A stretch of DNA of 64,000 nt, taken from NCBI GenBank assembly GCA_963675745.2, contig CAXXWX010000028.1, forward strand, positions 64,001 to 128,000. Reading direction: 5' to 3'. A program made the position numbers and the translations under genes. The notes under the pieces are model-generated. The model was not told the DNA's origin. It worked only from the letters and a program-made list of their open reading frames with translations, and searched no databases. The DNA is from Phycisphaerae bacterium (GTDB lineage Bacteria > Planctomycetota > Phycisphaerae > UBA1845 > Fen-1342). Below, in pieces: positions 48,314 through 57,573 of the stretch; within the stretch, counting starts at the first letter, position 1; each line of letters opens with the position of its first letter.

Positions 48314-48673
48314 ATGTCTGACTCGTTTCGTGCGGTGAATGGCGATGGTGCGCTGATAGTCACGCTGGTCGGGGCCGCCCTGGAAGACCCGGAGCGCGTC
48401 GACGAGATGGGGGAGGCGCTGGACCGACTCGTCACGGACAGCCGTGACGTGCATGTGATCATCGACATGGCGGACGTGCGCTGCCTGTCTTCACAAGCCC
48501 TCGGTATCATCGTCAACCTGCGGCGCAAAGTGGCACAACACGGCCGACATGTCGTCCTGAGTCGCACGCGCGAAGAGTTGGTCCGACTGTTCCGCCTCAC
48601 CAACCTTGATCGCCTGTTCAAGTTCTTCGATTCAAACGACGACGCACTGGCGCAGCTTCCGCCGCTGGAATAG
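48314..48673 (+). CDS. STAS-domain anti-sigma factor antagonist
   Basis: IIDMADVRCLSSQALG phospho-Ser motif; LFRLTNLDRLF. Confidence 0.88.
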   Translation: MSDSFRAVNGDGALIVTLVGAALEDPERVDEMGEALDRLVTDSRDVHVIIDMADVRCLSSQALGIIVNLRRKVAQHGRHVVLSRTREELVRLFRLTNLDRLFKFFDSNDDALAQLPPLE

Positions 48674-48741
48674 GCGTGGTTGTGGGGGGGTCGCGCTGCG
48701 TCATTGTCGACTGCGCGTAATCGATCGATTGGCGACAGGGG

Positions 48742-48972
48742 TTAACGTTGGCGGTAGGTGATGCGCCCCCGCTTGAGGTCGTAGGGCGACAGTTCGACCG
48801 TCACGTGATCACCCGGGAGAATCCGGATGAAGTTCTTGCGCATCTTCCCGGAGATGTGCGCGAGAACCCTGTGCTTGGCGCCGTCGCCGAGATCCGCCTC
48901 CACCTCAAACATGGCGTTCGGCAGGGCCTTGATGACAACGGCCTCCATGATGATCGCATCTTGTTTGCCCAA
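48742..48972 (-). CDS. infA: Translation initiation factor IF-1
   Basis: [46 protein letters not shown] start after GAGGAG. Confidence 0.97.
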   Translation of the reverse strand: MGKQDAIIMEAVVIKALPNAMFEVEADLGDGAKHRVLAHISGKMRKNFIRILPGDHVTVELSPYDLKRGRITYRQR

Positions 48973-49117
48973 AGGCTCTCCTCGCAGATCCGGCGCGGGG
49001 TGGTCGTATCGCTGGACACAGTCCGACCCACCGTGAGAGTGGCCGGGTCACCCGCCGCCCGTCGAATCCGCCATACTACAGACTGTGCGGACCGCCGCGT
49101 CGCAAAAGTTGAGATGC

Positions 49118-49146
49118 ACAGTACCCGGCGGGACAAGGTGTGTCAA
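49118..49146 (-). promoter_or_regulatory. Sigma70-type promoter for infA
   Basis: Minus strand TTGACA, 17 nt, TACTGT. Confidence 0.65.
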
Positions 49147-49238
49147 AGGCCGCCGCCTGGGGAGAGTGGCTTTTGGTGGCGGCCGGCTCGGCCTAAAAGT
49201 GGAATGTCTCCGCCCCGCTCCGTTATGATGGGGCCAAC

Positions 49239-51167
49239 ATGGGAACACTGAAAATCCAAAACGTCAGCAAGGAGTTCGGCGGCCAGCTCGTGCTGGGGGA
49301 TGTTTCCCTCGAACTGAACACCGGGGAGATCGTCGGGTTTGTCGGTGCCAACGGCAGCGGAAAAACAACCCTCTTCCGGCTGATCACCGGCGAGCTGGTG
49401 CCGGGCAGCGGCTCAATCACCGCGTCCAGGGGCCTGCGCATCGGATACCTCGCCCAGGACCCACAGATCACGCCGACCAATACGCTTTTCGATGAGGTGG
49501 CGACGGCCTTTGATGAGCTGCGCCGGCTGGAACACACCCAACACACGCTCTCCGAGGAGATGGCACGCACGCCCGACGGCCCTGAGCTGCACGCGATCAT
49601 GGCCGAGTACGACCGCGTACACGAGCGGTTTCTGGCAGCCGGCGGGTATGCCTTCGAGACTCGCCTCGGCGAGGTGCTCGGGGGTCTGGGGTTTTCTACC
49701 AGCGATTATGACCTGCCCATGTCTGCTCTGTCCGGGGGCCAGCAATGCCGCGCGGCGCTGGCCAGGCTGCTGCTCGAGGACAACACGTTTCTGCTGCTCG
49801 ACGAACCCACCAACCACCTCGACATCGACGCGGTTCGCTGGCTCGAGAAATTCCTGGCCGGACATCACGGCGGAGCGGTCGTCGTCTCGCACGACCGCTA
49901 CCTGCTCGATCGCGTCGCCGACCGCATTATCGAGATCGACCGCTGCCGGGTCACGTCTTACAGCGGCAACTATTCGACATATGTGAAGACGCGTGACGTG
50001 CAACGTTTGACTCAGGCGCGCCAGTTCCGCAAGGACCAGGACTTCATTACCAAGGAGCGTGCGTTTATCGCCAAGCACATGGGCAAGCAGCGCACCGCCG
50101 AGGCCAAGGGACGTCTGAAACGGCTGGAGCGCCGACTGGCCGACGGGGACTTTGTCACCGCCGCCCCGACGCAATCGCGCGGGTTGAGCTTCAGCTTCAG
50201 CGAGCACGATGATCAGCCGCGCGGCTGGGTGCTCCAGGCCGAAAAGCTGGCCAAGGCCTACGGCGACAAGGAGCTGTTCAGCGGGCTTGCGCTCCACTTG
50301 CACCCCGGCCAGCGTTTCGGCATCACCGGCCCCAACGGCACCGGCAAGACAACCCTCTTGCGGATTCTGCTGGGTGAGGTCGAAGCCGACGCCGGCGTGT
50401 GGCAGTTCGCACCGAAGACGCGCCTGGGCTATTTCGCGCAAGCCGACGAGGGGCTGGACGGCGAAAACACGCTGCTCGAAGAACTGTGCCTGGCGCGGCC
50501 CGAGTTCACCGAGCAACAGGCCCGGGCCCAGCTCGGGCGCATGCTGTTTTCCGGCGATGATGCGTTCAAGAAAGTGGCGCAGCTATCCGGCGGCGAGCGC
50601 TCGCGGTTGCGTCTGTTGAAGCTGATTCTCGCCGAGCCCAACGTGCTGATACTCGATGAGCCAACCAACCACCTCGACATTCCCGGGCGTGAGGTGCTCG
50701 AGGACGCCCTGGCACGGTTTCCCGGGGCGATTGTGGCGATCAGCCACGACCGCTATTTCCTTGACCGGGTGGCCGATCGGCTGCTGGTGATGCGCCGCGG
50801 ATCACACGCGACCTACGCCGGCAACTACTCCTACTACATCGCACAGTTGGAGGAACGGCAGGCGTCGTCGCCGGGACGCGGCGCCGGCCAGCGCCCCGGC
50901 ACCAAACGGCGCCGATCACCGAGCGCGGCTTCGACCGGCGCCCCGCGCAAGAAATCACGTTACCACCGCTGTTCGCTGGAAGAGTTGGAAGCGCAGATTA
51001 CCACGCACGAGCAGCGGCTGACGCAGATCAGCGCGGCGTTTGGCGACGCAGCGATCTACCAGGATCCAGGCGCCCCGGCGCGTCTGCGCGAAGAGTTGGA
51101 GGAGGTGAAGGCCGAGTTGGCCGAGCTGCACGCCGCTTGGGAAGAGAAGGTCGACGGGCTGGCTTGA
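49239..51167 (+). CDS. ABC-F family ATPase (Uup/YdiF-like)
   Basis: Two ABC cassettes (GANGSGKT, LSGGQ, DEPTNHLD; GPNGTGKT, LSGGE), no TM segments, C-terminal coiled coil. Confidence 0.94.
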   Translation: MGTLKIQNVSKEFGGQLVLGDVSLELNTGEIVGFVGANGSGKTTLFRLITGELVPGSGSITASRGLRIGYLAQDPQITPTNTLFDEVATAFDELRRLEHTQHTLSEEMARTPDGPELHAIMAEYDRVHERFLAAGGYAFETRLGEVLGGLGFSTSDYDLPMSALSGGQQCRAALARLLLEDNTFLLLDEPTNHLDIDAVRWLEKFLAGHHGGAVVVSHDRYLLDRVADRIIEIDRCRVTSYSGNYSTYVKTRDVQRLTQARQFRKDQDFITKERAFIAKHMGKQRTAEAKGRLKRLERRLADGDFVTAAPTQSRGLSFSFSEHDDQPRGWVLQAEKLAKAYGDKELFSGLALHLHPGQRFGITGPNGTGKTTLLRILLGEVEADAGVWQFAPKTRLGYFAQADEGLDGENTLLEELCLARPEFTEQQARAQLGRMLFSGDDAFKKVAQLSGGERSRLRLLKLILAEPNVLILDEPTNHLDIPGREVLEDALARFPGAIVAISHDRYFLDRVADRLLVMRRGSHATYAGNYSYYIAQLEERQASSPGRGAGQRPGTKRRRSPSAASTGAPRKKSRYHRCSLEELEAQITTHEQRLTQISAAFGDAAIYQDPGAPARLREELEEVKAELAELHAAWEEKVDGLA

Positions 51168-51190
51168 GAGTTTGCGCGGCCCGTGCCCGC

Positions 51191-51269
51191 GTGTACGGCC
51201 GCACCCCGCCGGCCGTTGGGCGGAACGGCGTTTATGGTGCTCTACGGCCGTCGGGGCGCCGGCCGCTAC
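51191..51269. repeat. Inverted REP pair between convergent genes
   Basis: GTGTACGGCCGCACCCCGCCGGCCG and CGGCCGTCGGGGCGCCGGCCGCTAC. Confidence 0.7.
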
Positions 51270-51331
51270 GTTGTCTCCGCGTGGACGCACCTCCACGCAG
51301 GATTGTCAGCCGAGACTCAAACGACCTGCGA

Positions 51332-52123
51332 CTATTGCGCGCTCTTTCCGCTGTCGCGCCACGATGCCCAGAACGGCTTGCGTTTCTCCAGAAACGCGCC
51401 GACTCCCTCCTTGGCATCGGAGCAACTGAAGCACAGGCCGAACTGCTTGATCTCATCGTTAAGGAAGATCGCCTTTTTGATGCGGGAGATCGCACACGGC
51501 GAGCCTGGCGCGAGAAACTCGAACCAGCGCTTGATGGCGGCATCGATGTCCTCGACTGAGTCGAGCAGCTCATCGACCAGGCCGATCTTGTGCGCTTCTT
51601 CGGATGAGATCGCGGCGCCGCTGAACAGCAGTCGCCGCGCGTGCATGTCTCCGACCACCTTGGGCAGACGAATCGTGCCGCCCCAGCCGGGAATCAAGCC
51701 CAGCTTGCTCTCGGGCTGACCGATGCGGGCACCTTTGACCATCAGGCGAAAGTCGCACGCCAGGGCCAACTCGCAACCGCCGCCCATCGCATGCCCGTTG
51801 ATCGCGGCGATCGTGACCTGCGGTAGCGCCGAGACGGTGTTCATCACGCGGTGACCGGCGCGCGCAAACGCCTCGCCCTGGTCTTCGGTGAAATGTGACA
51901 TCTGGTAGATATCGGCGCCGGCGACAAACACGCTGCCCTGACCGCGAAAAACGACGAAACGCAGGCTCCCATCTTCGGCAATCTGCTCCAGGCGGTTGCC
52001 AAGCTCGGCGATCACGCGTGACGAGAAAATCGCCGGCCCCTTTTCGTCGGCCAGGCGGATGGTCGCAACCGGGCCTTCTATATCACAGGTGACCTGTGTC
52101 GTGGATTTCTCATTTGTCGTCAT
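51332..52123 (-). CDS. crt: Enoyl-CoA hydratase (crotonase)
   Basis: FVAGADI, AAINGHAMGGGCELALACD, GQPESKLGLIPGWGG. Confidence 0.88.
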   Translation of the reverse strand: MTTNEKSTTQVTCDIEGPVATIRLADEKGPAIFSSRVIAELGNRLEQIAEDGSLRFVVFRGQGSVFVAGADIYQMSHFTEDQGEAFARAGHRVMNTVSALPQVTIAAINGHAMGGGCELALACDFRLMVKGARIGQPESKLGLIPGWGGTIRLPKVVGDMHARRLLFSGAAISSEEAHKIGLVDELLDSVEDIDAAIKRWFEFLAPGSPCAISRIKKAIFLNDEIKQFGLCFSCSDAKEGVGAFLEKRKPFWASWRDSGKSAQ

Positions 52124-52976
52124 AGTCGTAGAACCCTCTTTTGCTCTTGCGGCCCAGGAAACCCGCGCGGACCATCGTGCGGAGGAGCGGCGTCGGCCGA
52201 TAGCGATCCTCGCCCAGGTCACGGTGCAGGACTTCCAGTATGAACAGGCACACGTCCAGCCCGATCAGGTCGGCCAGCGCCAGCGGCCCCATCGGGTGGT
52301 TCATCCCCAGCTTCATGACTTCGTCGATCGTCTCGGCATCCGCCACGCCGTCGCTGTAGCAGGCGATGGCCTCGTTGATCATCGGCATGAGGATGCGATT
52401 GCTGACGAAGCCCGGATGGTCCTTTACCCGCAGCGGCACCTTGCCGAGCTCCTCGGCCAGTTTAATCGTGGTCGCCACCACGCCCTCGTCGGTCTGGAGC
52501 CCGATCACAACCTCGACGAGGCTCATCAACGGCACCGGGTTGAAAAAGTGCATGCCGATGAAACGGTCGGGTCGCCCGCTGACTCGGCCAAGGTCGCTGA
52601 TGGAGATGCTGCTGGTATTACTGGCGAATATCACGTCTTCGGCGACGCTCTGCTTGAGCTGGCCATATAAGGCACGCTTGATCTTGGGGTCTTCGCTGAT
52701 CGCTTCGACAATCAGATCGGCGCCGGTTGCATCTCCGAGGGTGCTGCCCACCAGGTTGGCCTTGGCCTGCTCCGCGCTATCGGCCTCAAGCTTGCCCTTA
52801 CTGACGGCCTTGTCGAGGAACTTGCCGATGCGCGCGATGGCCTTGTCCACGGCGCCGGGTAAGGCATCACTCAACAGCACCTCGCGCCCGGACTGGGCAA
52901 AGACCTGTGCGATGCCGGCTCCCATCGTGCCGGCCCCGATCACGGCGACAGTCTGGATTTTCGTGCGATGTGGCAT
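52110..52976 (-). CDS. hbd: 3-hydroxybutyryl-CoA dehydrogenase
   Basis: IGAGTMGAG, ASNTSSISI, GMHFFNPV, PGFVSNR, HPMGPLALADLIGLD. Confidence 0.93.
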   Translation of the reverse strand: MPHRTKIQTVAVIGAGTMGAGIAQVFAQSGREVLLSDALPGAVDKAIARIGKFLDKAVSKGKLEADSAEQAKANLVGSTLGDATGADLIVEAISEDPKIKRALYGQLKQSVAEDVIFASNTSSISISDLGRVSGRPDRFIGMHFFNPVPLMSLVEVVIGLQTDEGVVATTIKLAEELGKVPLRVKDHPGFVSNRILMPMINEAIACYSDGVADAETIDEVMKLGMNHPMGPLALADLIGLDVCLFILEVLHRDLGEDRYRPTPLLRTMVRAGFLGRKSKRGFYDYDDK

Positions 52977-53063
52977 TTTGTCCCTTTGCTAACGGTAACT
53001 GTGGCTGCGGGCGGCCGGCGCACACGGCAAATGCGCGCCGGCGCCCGGAGCTCATATGAGATG

Positions 53064-54242
53064 TCAGACCATTTCGACAGCCATGGCCACAGAGTTGCCA
53101 CCACCGAGGCACAGTGCCGTAACGCCGCGTTTGCCACCGCGAGTCTTCAGCGCGTGCAGCAGTGTGGTCAGCACGCGGGCGCCGCTGGCGCCGATCGGGT
53201 GTCCGAGGGCAATCGCGCCGCCGTGTACGTTGACCTTTTCCGGGTCGACCTCGAGGCCGTTGAGACATGCGATGGACTGGGAAGCAAACGCCTCGTTCAG
53301 TTCAAACAGATCCACGCTGTCGAGCGTCCAGCCGGCCTTCTCGCACGCCATCCTGGTTGCCGCGATCGGTGTGAAGAACAGCTCGCGCGGCGGCCCGCCG
53401 GCAGTAGCGCTGCCTGCGATCTGTGCCAGCGGAGTGAGTCCGGCTTTCTTGGCTCCCGCGGCACTGGCCAGCAACGCGATCGCCGCCCCGTCGGAGAGTG
53501 AAGACGCATTGCCGGCGGTAACGGTGCCGTTCTTGGTAAACGCCGGCCGAAGTCCACTCAATCCTTCCATGGTCACGTCGGCACGGTACGTTTCGTCGGC
53601 ACAGAACTGGCCCTTGCCACGCGGCAACTCAATCGGCGCGCGTTCGTCGTTGAAAAGTCCGGCGGCGTCGGCCTTGGCCGCCAATTGATGACTGCGCAGG
53701 GCCCACTCGTCCTGTTGCTGCCGCGTGACGCCGGCCTTCTCGGCGGTGTACTCGGCAATCTCGCCCATCAGGCTGCCGTCGTAGACATTGGTCAGCCCGT
53801 CGTGGAGCATCAGGTCGACAAACTCCGTCGTGCCAAACTTGTGACCCTGGCGCACGTTGCGTACCAGGAACGGAGCCTGGCTCATCGACTCAATACCCCC
53901 CGACAGAATTATGTCGGCGTCGCCGGAGCGAATGATCTGATCGGCGTAGATCGAGGATTGCAGGCCGCTGCCGCAGACCTTGTTCACCGTGCAGCACGAA
54001 ATCGTATCCGGCACACCGGCGCCGAGGGCAACCTGTCGCGCAGGGTTCTGGCCACAGCCACCCTGCAAAACCTGCCCGACAATCACCTCGTCGATAGCGG
54101 CAACATCAACCTTGCTGTCGGCGATCACCGCCTTGGCGACCTGCGCACCGACGTCGGTCGCGGCCAGATTTGACAAACTACCCAGGAAGCGTCCAACACC
54201 ACTGCGCTTGGCCGCGACAATAAAAGTACGTTCGTTTGCCAT
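53064..54242 (-). CDS. thlA: Acetyl-CoA C-acetyltransferase (thiolase)
   Basis: NKVCGSGL, TAGNAS, ELNEAFA, GHPIGASG, LCLGGG. Confidence 0.93.
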   Translation of the reverse strand: MANERTFIVAAKRSGVGRFLGSLSNLAATDVGAQVAKAVIADSKVDVAAIDEVIVGQVLQGGCGQNPARQVALGAGVPDTISCCTVNKVCGSGLQSSIYADQIIRSGDADIILSGGIESMSQAPFLVRNVRQGHKFGTTEFVDLMLHDGLTNVYDGSLMGEIAEYTAEKAGVTRQQQDEWALRSHQLAAKADAAGLFNDERAPIELPRGKGQFCADETYRADVTMEGLSGLRPAFTKNGTVTAGNASSLSDGAAIALLASAAGAKKAGLTPLAQIAGSATAGGPPRELFFTPIAATRMACEKAGWTLDSVDLFELNEAFASQSIACLNGLEVDPEKVNVHGGAIALGHPIGASGARVLTTLLHALKTRGGKRGVTALCLGGGNSVAMAVEMV

Positions 54243-54248
54243 GATGCC

Positions 54249-55412
54249 CTACCCTCTCGCAACCCATTCCGGATCAGTAGTTAACGCACGTGCAATCACC
54301 AGGCGCTGAATCTCGCTGGTGCCTTCGTACAATTCCGTGATTTTCGCGTCGCGCAGCAGGCGCTCAACGGGATAATCCTGGCAATAACCATAGCCGCCGA
54401 ATACCTGCACCGCCGCGTTGGTCACGCGGCTGGATACTTCACTGGCAAAGACCTTGGCCATGGCCGACTCGGTCGCGAATGGTCGCCCCATCTGCTTCAA
54501 CCACGCCCCGCGGCGCACCAACAGGCGTGCGGCGGCAATCTCCGTGGCCATGTCCGCCAGCTTCCACTGAATCCCCTGGAAAGCGCCGATCGGCCGGCCG
54601 AACTGTTGGCGCGTGTTGGAATATTCCACGGATGCCTCGAGGGCCGCCTGCGAAATGCCAACGGCCTGCGCGGCGACACCCAGGCGGCCGCCATCGAGCG
54701 TGGACAGTGCTATGCGCAGACCCTTGCCACACTCGCCGAGCATCTGCTCTTTGGGAACCAGGCAATCCTCAAAGATCAGCTCGGCCGTACTGCTGGCCCT
54801 GATACCGATCTTCTTCTCCAACTTGCCCAGTTGGAAACCGGGCGTGTCCTTCTCGACGATGAACGCCGACATGCGCCGCCGAGGATCATCGGGGTTGGTG
54901 ACGGCAAAGACCACGAACACGTGCGCCTCGCGGCCATTGGTGACAAAGCACTTGGTGCCGTTGAGGCGATAGCTGTCACCTTCTTCGACGGCCATGCAGC
55001 GCGCCGCGCCGGCGTCACTGCCGCTGCCCGGCTCGGTCAGCGAATAGCAGCCGATCCACTCGCCGCTGGACATCTTCGGCAGGTATTTCTGCTTCTGCTC
55101 CTCGGTGCCGTATACGAGGATCGGGTCGACGGCGAGTGAATGGTGGGCGGAGACCAGAATGCCCGTGGCGCCGCAGGCGCGCGACAGCTCCTCGACCGCC
55201 ATCACGTATGACACTACGTCGAGCCCAGCGCCGCCGTACTCGGCCGGCACGTACAGGCCGAACAGGCCCATCTCGCCAAGTTGCTCTATCAGTCCCTCCT
55301 CGTAGCCGCCCTGTTCGTCGCGCGTGGCGGCCTTCGGGGCTATCTCCTTGTCGCAGAATGAGCGCAACGCGTCCTGCAACGACCGCTGATCTTCATCCAA
55401 CTCGAAGTCCAC
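54249..55412 (-). CDS. bcd: Acyl-CoA (butyryl-CoA-like) dehydrogenase
   Basis: LTEPGSGSD, LNGTKCFVTN, RQQFGRPI, GGYGY, YEGTSEIQR; GTG start. Confidence 0.88.
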   Translation of the reverse strand: MDFELDEDQRSLQDALRSFCDKEIAPKAATRDEQGGYEEGLIEQLGEMGLFGLYVPAEYGGAGLDVVSYVMAVEELSRACGATGILVSAHHSLAVDPILVYGTEEQKQKYLPKMSSGEWIGCYSLTEPGSGSDAGAARCMAVEEGDSYRLNGTKCFVTNGREAHVFVVFAVTNPDDPRRRMSAFIVEKDTPGFQLGKLEKKIGIRASSTAELIFEDCLVPKEQMLGECGKGLRIALSTLDGGRLGVAAQAVGISQAALEASVEYSNTRQQFGRPIGAFQGIQWKLADMATEIAAARLLVRRGAWLKQMGRPFATESAMAKVFASEVSSRVTNAAVQVFGGYGYCQDYPVERLLRDAKITELYEGTSEIQRLVIARALTTDPEWVARG

Positions 55413-55715
55413 TGGCTTTCCTTCCTGCGTGCGGTGTCAACGATCCTGTGGGCTGATGCCGCTATCACGTGGCAATCCGCCGTTGTCTGGCGCGCCGGCC
55501 GCGCCCCCGTCGGGCATTGGTGCGGGTGCAGTCTTGACGCCGCCCTTGTCACCGTCCGCCAGACGGCCACGACATGTCCCCGGCGTCGAAATCTTCGAAG
55601 TGCCGCATGGAGCTGAAGCGCACCAACGCAGGCCCCATCTTAGGGGCAATCCGCGCGGAAATAAAGACGCCGTACGGCACACAGAAACCGGCACCTCGGC
55701 GGGGCCGATGCCGCC

Positions 55716-55743
55716 TTGACACACACCCTGGCGTTCGTAGAAT
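55716..55743 (+). promoter_or_regulatory. Sigma70-type promoter for the Gld-like ABC operon
   Basis: TTGACA (55716-55721), 16 nt, TAGAAT (55738-55743). Confidence 0.7.
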
Positions 55744-55905
55744 CCTACTCCGATCCGGTCCACGGGCTCTGGAGTGGATGGGCGGCTTGGGCGGCAGGCG
55801 AATGTCGCTGGGATTGGCTGTCCGCGGGATCGCGAATACTCCAACGATTGGCGGGCGAGCGTAATCTGATTGAGGGTGTGTTCCCATTTACGGGAGGCTA
55901 GCTCT

Positions 55906-56856
55906 TTGATCGAGGCAAAGAACCTGTCGAAGCACTTCGGCGGGCACCGCGCGGTGGACGACATCTCCTTTCGGGTCGACGCCGGCGAAATCGTCGGCTT
56001 CCTCGGTCCCAACGGCGCCGGGAAGACCACGACGCTCCGCGTGCTCACATGTTTCCACCCGGCGACGTCGGGCGAAGCCAGTGTCGCGGGCTTTGACGTC
56101 TTCACGCAATCCAAGCAGGTGCGCGCCGCCGTCGGATACCTGCCGGAAACGGTGCCCCTCTACCCTGAGATGCGCGTCCGCGAGTACTTGCGGTTCCGCG
56201 GACGACTGCGCGGACTTGATAGCGCGGCGCGTGACGAGGGAATCCGGCGTGTCGTGGAACAATGTTGGCTGGGCGAGGTGATTGACCGTCCGATCGGGCA
56301 TCTGTCGAAGGGGTTTCGCCAGCGCGTCGGACTGGCCGACGCGTTGCTGCACGACCCCGAAGTGCTCATTCTGGATGAGCCGACCGTGGGGCTTGACCCG
56401 TCGCAGATTCGCGAGACGCGCTCGCTGATCAAGGACCTGGCCCGGAAACACACGGTGATGCTTTCGAGCCACATTCTGCCCGAGGTTGAGGCCACTTGCC
56501 AGCGCATCATCATCATTGATGCCGGGAAGATTGTCGCCTCCGGCACGCCCGACGAACTGCGTGAACGGGTCACCGGTGCTTCGCGATTGATCGCCGAGAT
56601 CAAGGGCCCCGAACGAGAAGTCGCCCGGGCAATCGGCGCTGTCAACGGTGTGAGCGGTGTGGAGGCGCTGTCAAGCGGCGATTGGACGCGCGTAGCCGTC
56701 GCCGCCCAGGGTGACGCGCGTGAGGCGATCGCGTCTCTGGCGAGCGCCCGCGGCTGGGCACTGCGTGAACTGCGCCGCGAGGTGGCCACGCTCGAAGACT
56801 TCTTCGTCAAAATCGTGGCCGATGCGCGCGGCGCGCAAGTCTCTGATGAGGGCTAA
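55906..56856 (+). CDS. ABC transporter ATP-binding protein (GldA-like)
   Basis: GGGAGG RBS then TTG 55906; GPNGAGKT, LSKGFRQRVG, LDEPT. Confidence 0.92.
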   Translation: MIEAKNLSKHFGGHRAVDDISFRVDAGEIVGFLGPNGAGKTTTLRVLTCFHPATSGEASVAGFDVFTQSKQVRAAVGYLPETVPLYPEMRVREYLRFRGRLRGLDSAARDEGIRRVVEQCWLGEVIDRPIGHLSKGFRQRVGLADALLHDPEVLILDEPTVGLDPSQIRETRSLIKDLARKHTVMLSSHILPEVEATCQRIIIIDAGKIVASGTPDELRERVTGASRLIAEIKGPEREVARAIGAVNGVSGVEALSSGDWTRVAVAAQGDAREAIASLASARGWALRELRREVATLEDFFVKIVADARGAQVSDEG

Positions 56857-56859
56857 GGC

Positions 56860-57573
56860 ATGCGAAATATCTCGGCGATTACGAACCGTGAGCTGCTCTC
56901 GCTGTTCTGCTCACCCGTCGCCTACATCGTCATCGCCGGCTTTCTGCTGATCACCGGCGTGCTGGCGATGGACGCCTTTCAACCCGGCCAGCCGGCCACG
57001 CTGCGCGTGGTGTTCGGCTTTGCCCCGTACGTGCTGGCAATCATCGTGCCGGCGATTGTGATGCGCACCATCAGTGAGGAATATCGCAGCGGGACAATCG
57101 AAGCTCTGATGACCACACCGCTGTCTGACACCGAACTGGTGCTCGGCAAGTTTCTGGCGTCGCTGATCTTCTACGTGATCATGCTCGCGACGACGGTGGC
57201 GTATTACGTGCTGATGGCGATCTACGGCAACCCAGACCTCGGGGCATCGCTGGCGGCCTATCTGGGCTTACTGCTGGTCGGCATCGCGTTCATCGCCGTC
57301 GGCGTCTTCGCCAGCAGCTTGACCAGTAATCAGATTGTGGCCTGGATGATCGCCGCCGTCCCGCTGATTGTCTTCGTCTGGTTCTCGGGCTTCATCGTTG
57401 GAAAGGCCGAAGGCTGGCTGCGCGAGGTATTCCGGCGCATCGACATCAATTGGCACGTCAGTCAGTTCAACCGCGGGCTGGTCGGTACCGAGAGCGTGAT
57501 CTTCTTTCTCGGGACGGCGATTCTGTTTCTGTTCCTGGCGGTCAAGGTAGTGGAGTCGCGACGATGGCGGTGA
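56860..57573 (+). CDS. ABC-2 type permease (GldF-like)
   Basis: RELLSLFCSPVAY, MRTISEEYRSGTIEALMT, VLGKF; six TMs. Confidence 0.9.
   Translation: MRNISAITNRELLSLFCSPVAYIVIAGFLLITGVLAMDAFQPGQPATLRVVFGFAPYVLAIIVPAIVMRTISEEYRSGTIEALMTTPLSDTELVLGKFLASLIFYVIMLATTVAYYVLMAIYGNPDLGASLAAYLGLLLVGIAFIAVGVFASSLTSNQIVAWMIAAVPLIVFVWFSGFIVGKAEGWLREVFRRIDINWHVSQFNRGLVGTESVIFFLGTAILFLFLAVKVVESRRWR

Noticed and set aside
55413..55715. Small ORFs upstream of the acyl-CoA dehydrogenase
   Set aside because: No convincing RBS, motif or coding signal; treated as a divergent promoter region.
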